A stretch of 64,000 bases of DNA from Alphaproteobacteria bacterium (GTDB taxonomy: Bacteria; Pseudomonadota; Alphaproteobacteria; UBA828; JAPUJA01): positions 335,063 through 399,062 of the forward strand of contig CBDAPE010000019.1 in the NCBI GenBank assembly GCA_965198325.1. The letters are read 5' to 3'. The notes beneath the pieces were generated by a model, which did no database searches, was not told the DNA's origin, and was given only the letters and a program-made list of their open reading frames with translations. The position numbers were made by a program, and so were the translations under genes. How positions within the stretch are numbered: the first letter of the stretch is position 1; every line of letters starts with the position of its first letter. Shown here piece by piece: positions 59,902 to 64,000 of the stretch.

Positions 59902-60311
59902 ACCAGCGCGTACTTGCCCGCCTCGCTTCCGCTCTCGCCGCCCTGAGGGGTGAACGAGAGCGTATAATCGCCCCGGGAATAGCCCAGCGTGCCGTTACGC
60001 TCGGCGGCCGTCACACTCAACTGGATATCGAACGCGCTCATGGCGCCGAAGAATCCGCCCCAGAACTCCTGAATCGCAGCGCGCCCTTCGAGAGGCCCGG
60101 CATTAGGCGCCATGACGACGGCGTCCGCACCGTAAAGCTCAGCGAGCGCTATGGCATCGCCCGTGTTGAAGACCTCGACAAAGTGGGCGACGGCCTTCTC
60201 GACCTTGCCCTCAAACCAGTCGGCCCTGGCCGCGCCGGGCGTAAGCAGCAGCACTCCAATCAGGGCGAGTGCCGCAACGCCAAGACGGCGACGGCGAAGA
60301 AATCGGTTCAT
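59823..60311 (-). CDS. secreted NTF2-like / SnoaL-like (DUF4440-type) protein with signal peptide
   Basis: MNRFLRRRRLGVAALALIGVLLLTPGAARA signal sequence, then an NTF2-fold-like core. Confidence 0.65.
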   Translation of the reverse strand: MNRFLRRRRLGVAALALIGVLLLTPGAARADWFEGKVEKAVAHFVEVFNTGDAIALAELYGADAVVMAPNAGPLEGRAAIQEFWGGFFGAMSAFDIQLSVTAAERNGTLGYSRGDYTLSFTPQGGESGSEAGKYALVWKRGPNGKWQIAIDIWNSSLPPAGQ

Positions 60312-60390
60312 GACACCCTCCCCCTGAGGACGTGGCGCAGCTCCAACTGCCGCGCTTGCACGACGTCCGTTGTGCAAATCGTTGCGGTGG

Positions 60391-60762
60391 CTATTCCGCC
60401 ATCTTTCCGTAATAACAAATGGTTTCCGAGAGTACGCCGGCTTCGCCGACCTTGATCAGGCCTGTGCCCTCGATCGGCGTGCCGGGGATCGCCCACCAGC
60501 ACCAGACCGTCATGGTGCCGTCGTCCTCTTCCTTGGTAACGACTTTCGAGATATCCATGAAGTTATCGAACTGCTGATCACCACGGATATCGGCCACCAT
60601 CGCCTTGACATCTGCAAAATAGGCCTCGAAATCGGCCTTGGCGACCTTGCCGGCGTTGGGATCGTCGAAATAGAAGCTGTCGGCGGTCGATGCCATGTGA
60701 AGCGATGAATCGCCCGCTGTCCAAGCCTGGGCATAGGTTCCAATGTGATCAGCAATGCTCAT
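60391..60762 (-). CDS. NTF2-like / SnoaL-like small protein
   Basis: 123 aa cytoplasmic paralogue-like ORF. Confidence 0.55.
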   Translation of the reverse strand: MSIADHIGTYAQAWTAGDSSLHMASTADSFYFDDPNAGKVAKADFEAYFADVKAMVADIRGDQQFDNFMDISKVVTKEEDDGTMTVWCWWAIPGTPIEGTGLIKVGEAGVLSETICYYGKMAE

Positions 60763-60901
60763 CGTGCTCTCCCCTTTGTTGATCCGCCACCCGATGGGCG
60801 AACGAACTCGAACCTTGAGTACGACGAACCACGCCGCGCTGTCAAACTCCCGTCGACGTGCCGGACAGGGTGTCGAAGCGCATAAATTGATCGACTGAAA
60901 T

Positions 60902-60977
60902 TGGCGTCCCCAGGGGGACTCGAACCCCCGTTTTCGGCGTGAGAGGCCGATGTCCTAGGCCACTAGACGATGGGGAC
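60902..60977 (-). tRNA. tRNA-Glu (anticodon CTC)
   Basis: Reverse complement GTCCCCATCGTCTAGTGGCCTAGGACATCGGCCTCTCACGCCGAAAACGGGGGTTCGAGTCCCCCTTGGGGACGCCA. Near-identical architecture to E. coli tRNA-Glu, with anticodon loop CTCTCAC. Confidence 0.85.
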
Positions 60978-61174
60978 CAGCGGCAAGGGGGCTGTGATAG
61001 CCCAAGGACCGGGGAAAATCAATTGTCCGAAAACCGCTTCCACGATCCTCGATGCGATGCAATTCTTAAGGGTTCGTTAACGCTAGAGGGCCTAGCAATA
61101 GGGTGATAGCGTGCCCTTGCTGGCGCTCTTTGCCGACGGTCCAGCGCAGGACAATCGGACGGATCGCACAACCC

Positions 61175-62260
61175 ATGCTCAAAGAAGCTCTGCCGCGCAT
61201 GCCCTTCTCTCGAATTGGGCTCCTGCTCATGGGTGGCGCGCTCGTAATCGGCACCGCCGACTGTGCCGAAATCCACGAAGATATCGTGAACAGCTTCGAA
61301 CAAGTCGCCGAAGAAGTGGACAGCCGGCCGGACAACGATCTACTGCTCGCCGACCAGGGTTTCCAGGCGCTGTCTCAGGGAAATTACCGCGACGCCGAGC
61401 TTTATCTCACCACCGCACTCGAGGCCAATTCGTCGAACCCCTATGCCCTGTTGAATATGGGTGTGGTCTACGAGAAGACCGGGCGCATCGAGCAGGCCCG
61501 GGATATGTACGCCCGGGTCGTCCTGATCAACCCCGTGGCGACCGCCGTGGAATCGACCGACGAGGGCCTGGTCGGCGCGACACTTGCCGATATCGCCCGG
61601 CAAAATCTAGTCTCTCTTAGCGAGCGCACCGAGTCGCTTGAAGAGAAGGAGCTCCTGGCGACCGGCGACGCCCGCCTCGGAATTCTGCGCGAATTGCTCG
61701 AGGCCGGCCTGATCACGACCAACGAGTACACGGCGCGCGCGCCGAGCGCCGAGAACTCAAGCCTCGACACGGAATTTGTGCTGCCCGCCTCGGCGGACGT
61801 CGTGCATCGCCTGGCTAGCCTACGGCTTTATTTGGAGACCGATTTCATTACCGACCGGGCCTATGGCTTCGAACGGATGGCAATCCTCGATGCCCTGCTT
61901 CCGATCGCCCCGCCGCCGCCCGCCAGTTCCGCCGAACCGATTCCGCTCCAGCCGACGCCCGAGGCCAGCCTGCCCGCCGCGCCGGCGAGTACCGCCACGA
62001 CCAATCCGGCAAACCCAATGCGCGTGCACCTAGCGTCCTATAGAAGCTTCGATGCGGCCCGGAAAGGCTGGTCCGAATTGCAAAGCGCCCACGGAGACCT
62101 GCTGGACGGCCTTTCTCTCGAGATTGGCGAAATAGACCTCGGGCCGGGCCAGGGCGTCTTCTTCCGGGTTCAGGCCGGTCCCATCGACGGCATCGCCGCA
62201 GCCCAGTCGCTGTGCGCTCGGCTCAAGCAGCGCGATCTCTACTGCGTGCCGACGATCTGA
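61175..62260 (+). CDS. TPR-repeat protein with C-terminal SPOR (peptidoglycan-binding) domain, probable envelope protein
   Basis: N-terminal hydrophobic segment, TPR-like region, Pro-rich linker, C-terminal SPOR-like block (RVHLASYRSFDAARKGWSEL...FFRVQAGP). Confidence 0.65.
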   Translation: MLKEALPRMPFSRIGLLLMGGALVIGTADCAEIHEDIVNSFEQVAEEVDSRPDNDLLLADQGFQALSQGNYRDAELYLTTALEANSSNPYALLNMGVVYEKTGRIEQARDMYARVVLINPVATAVESTDEGLVGATLADIARQNLVSLSERTESLEEKELLATGDARLGILRELLEAGLITTNEYTARAPSAENSSLDTEFVLPASADVVHRLASLRLYLETDFITDRAYGFERMAILDALLPIAPPPPASSAEPIPLQPTPEASLPAAPASTATTNPANPMRVHLASYRSFDAARKGWSELQSAHGDLLDGLSLEIGEIDLGPGQGVFFRVQAGPIDGIAAAQSLCARLKQRDLYCVPTI

Positions 62261-62275
62261 CCACTGGACGGGCGT

Positions 62276-63319
62276 CTAATCGCTTAAGTGGCGGCGCGCA
62301 GCCTCGATCAGGCCGTCGACCTCTTCCACCATCGTGTCGTGCGCCGTGACGAGACGGATCATCGGACTCGTCGGGGAGCTTTCCGGCCAACGGTAGAACC
62401 CGAACCCCTCGGCCTCGAGCCCTGCGATGACCGGCTTGGGCAAGGTCACGAAGATTTCGTTGCCTGCCGCCTCGCCTTCCAAGATCGCGCCGGGTAAAGC
62501 CGCCAGCCCTTCGGCCAAACGAGCCGCCATGGTATTCGCCGTACGCGCGAGATCGAGCCACAGGCCGTCGGCGATATAAGCCTCGAGCTGCACGGAGATG
62601 AAACGCATTTTCGAAACCAACTGTCCGGCGCGTTTGTGGTGATAGGCGAGTGTATCGGCGAGCTCGGGCTTGAACAGGACGATGGCTTCGGCCGCCATCG
62701 CGCCACCCTTTGTCGCCCCGAACGACAGCACGTCGACGCCGGTCCGCCAGGTCATGTCCGCCGGCGCGCAACCGAGTGCAGCAACGGCGTTGCCAAGTCG
62801 CGCGCCGTCCATGTGGACCGCGAGGTCCGCGTCGCGGGCAATCCCCGTTAGCTGGCGTATCTCCTCAATGCTGTAGACGCCGCCCGTCTCGGTCTGCTGG
62901 GTCAGACTCAGCACCGCGGGTTGGACATGATGAACATCGCCGACGCCCGCGTTGGTGAGCGCGAAAGCTAGGGCGTCGGCGTCGATCTTTCCCTGTTCGC
63001 CCGGCATCAAGGTCAGCTTTGCGCCGCCGGTAAACAACTCCGGCGCGCCGCATTCATCGGATTCGATATGGGCCGCGTCGTGACAGTAGATCGCGCCCCA
63101 GGGCGGCGAGAGTGTCGCGAGAGAGAGCGAGTTTGCCGCCGTGCCCGTCACCACCGGCATCACATGCACCTCGGTTTCGAACAGGGCGCCGAACGCCGCG
63201 TTGAGCCGGCCGGTGATTTCGTCGGCGCCGTAGCCGCTGACAGAGCGGTCGTTGGCCGCCGCGATCGCTGCCATGATCGATGGGGCGACCGCTCCGATAT
63301 TGTCGCTACGAAAGTTCAT
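62276..63319 (-). CDS. ltaE: low-specificity L-threonine aldolase
   Basis: 347 aa. MNFRSDN... with the PLP-lysine region FGATKGG. Confidence 0.88.
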   Translation of the reverse strand: MNFRSDNIGAVAPSIMAAIAAANDRSVSGYGADEITGRLNAAFGALFETEVHVMPVVTGTAANSLSLATLSPPWGAIYCHDAAHIESDECGAPELFTGGAKLTLMPGEQGKIDADALAFALTNAGVGDVHHVQPAVLSLTQQTETGGVYSIEEIRQLTGIARDADLAVHMDGARLGNAVAALGCAPADMTWRTGVDVLSFGATKGGAMAAEAIVLFKPELADTLAYHHKRAGQLVSKMRFISVQLEAYIADGLWLDLARTANTMAARLAEGLAALPGAILEGEAAGNEIFVTLPKPVIAGLEAEGFGFYRWPESSPTSPMIRLVTAHDTMVEEVDGLIEAARRHLSD

Positions 63320-63328
63320 GCGGGCCTC

Positions 63329-63793
63329 CTATTCGTCGATTGCATCGTCCGTGGCCCGACTCGGGTATGCAGTCCAGTCGCTTGTGCGCAGACCAATCTC
63401 ATGGAACTGCGACCCCTCCGCATCGAGCAGATGAGCGGTCGTGTGAACCGCCTGACCGGTCTCGACGGCCGTAATCAGCCACACCAGGCTGGGCTCCCAG
63501 GCGAGCTCCAGGTCGATCTCAGACGGCTGGGCCCGGTGATCGCAATGGGAATGGTAGACGCCGATCACCCGCTCATCGCTGCTGCGCAAATTTCGGTTCA
63601 GATCGATATACAGCTTTGAATCAACCTCGAAGCGATCCGGCCGGCCGCTTTCGTCAATATTATCACTGGGATGAACTGCGCGGACTTCGAGATTGTCGTC
63701 GGGCCGCGCAGCGCCAGATAGCAGACCGCAGCATTCGCGGGGATAGGCGGCTTCAGCGGCGTCGACGACGCGCTTGAGATGATCGCGACTCAT
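63329..63793 (-). CDS. stand-alone JAB/MPN (JAMM) metalloprotease-family protein
   Basis: ECCGLL plus JAMM motif YHSHCDHRAQPSEID. About 154 aa. 10 nt upstream of ltaE. Confidence 0.75.
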   Translation of the reverse strand: MSRDHLKRVVDAAEAAYPRECCGLLSGAARPDDNLEVRAVHPSDNIDESGRPDRFEVDSKLYIDLNRNLRSSDERVIGVYHSHCDHRAQPSEIDLELAWEPSLVWLITAVETGQAVHTTAHLLDAEGSQFHEIGLRTSDWTAYPSRATDDAIDE

Positions 63794-63816
63794 GAACAAC
63801 ATCGCGGAGCGACTCT

Positions 63817-64000
63817 TAAGGCGCCGCTTCGAGGTGAATCGACCCCAACCGGGCGCCGGTCTCGAGATCGACGATGATCACCCGCTCGCCCGCCTCGGAC
63901 ACTTCGACGACCAGGATCAGGCGCCGGCCTTCGACGCTCATGCTCCGCACGCGGCTTCCCGCGGGCAAACCCAGCGCGCTCGAGGCAAAGCCCGCAGGCG
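63817..64000 (-). CDS. 5'-truncated ORF of unknown function (C-terminus ...MSVEGRRLILVVEVSEAGERVIIVDLETGARLGSIHLEAAP)
   Basis: Open to the window edge. Stop TAA at 63817-63819, 23 nt upstream of the JAB gene start. Confidence 0.3.

Overview
High-GC (about 65-67%) bacterial chromosomal segment. Gene content and order point to an alphaproteobacterium: split purS/purQ/purL, an ATPase zeta subunit (DUF1476), a SUF operon with sufT/erpA, and a class II DAHP synthase. Almost the whole window is coding on both strands. I call 3 tRNA genes and about 67 protein-coding genes or gene remnants.

The tRNAs are tRNA-Leu(TAA), tRNA-Sec(TCA) = selC, and tRNA-Glu(CTC). Main blocks:
- sfsA-map-radC-rhodanese (+ strand)
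- a complete selenocysteine-decoding locus selA-selB-selC (- strand)
- qor, a DUF1772 membrane protein, and a divergent NmrA-like/TetR pair
- an operon of crotonase, an MFS transporter and a candidate selenoprotein (- strand)
- a SUF Fe-S assembly operon: Rrf2/IscR-like regulator, sufBCDS, sufU, sufT, erpA (- strand)
- two tandem enolase-superfamily (MR/MLE) genes plus a beta-hydroxyacid dehydrogenase
- purB, then purC-purS-purQ-purL-bolA-grxD (+ strand), interrupted by the F1Fo-ATPase zeta subunit and an NRDE protein
- rpsD with a clear sigma70 promoter
- cimA-cysS-gltX-nadE-pncB, class II aroG, gor, gabD
- a module of trimethylamine-dehydrogenase-like flavoprotein, GcvT-like aminomethyltransferase and frmA/frmB, which reads as formaldehyde-generating demethylation coupled to detoxification
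- ltaE with a stand-alone JAB/MPN protein

The most interesting signal is the selenium system. selB and selC look intact, but selA carries a 1-nt deletion that frameshifts it. The adjacent qor carries an in-frame TAA. About 4 kb away sits a candidate selenoprotein gene: an in-frame TGA in a U-x-x-C motif, followed by a GC hairpin, plus an extra in-frame TAG upstream. Either this is a Sec-decoding trait caught while decaying, or three sequence lesions cluster here.

Other structure worth a look:
- a perfect 85-bp direct repeat that duplicates the 3' end of an MFS gene
- a TetR operator palindrome overlapping the tetR start codon
- two strong hairpins with UUCG-like loops upstream of the ASCH gene
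- an AT-rich palindromic island inside a 670-bp intergenic leader

I did not recognise any CRISPR array, transposase or phage integrase.
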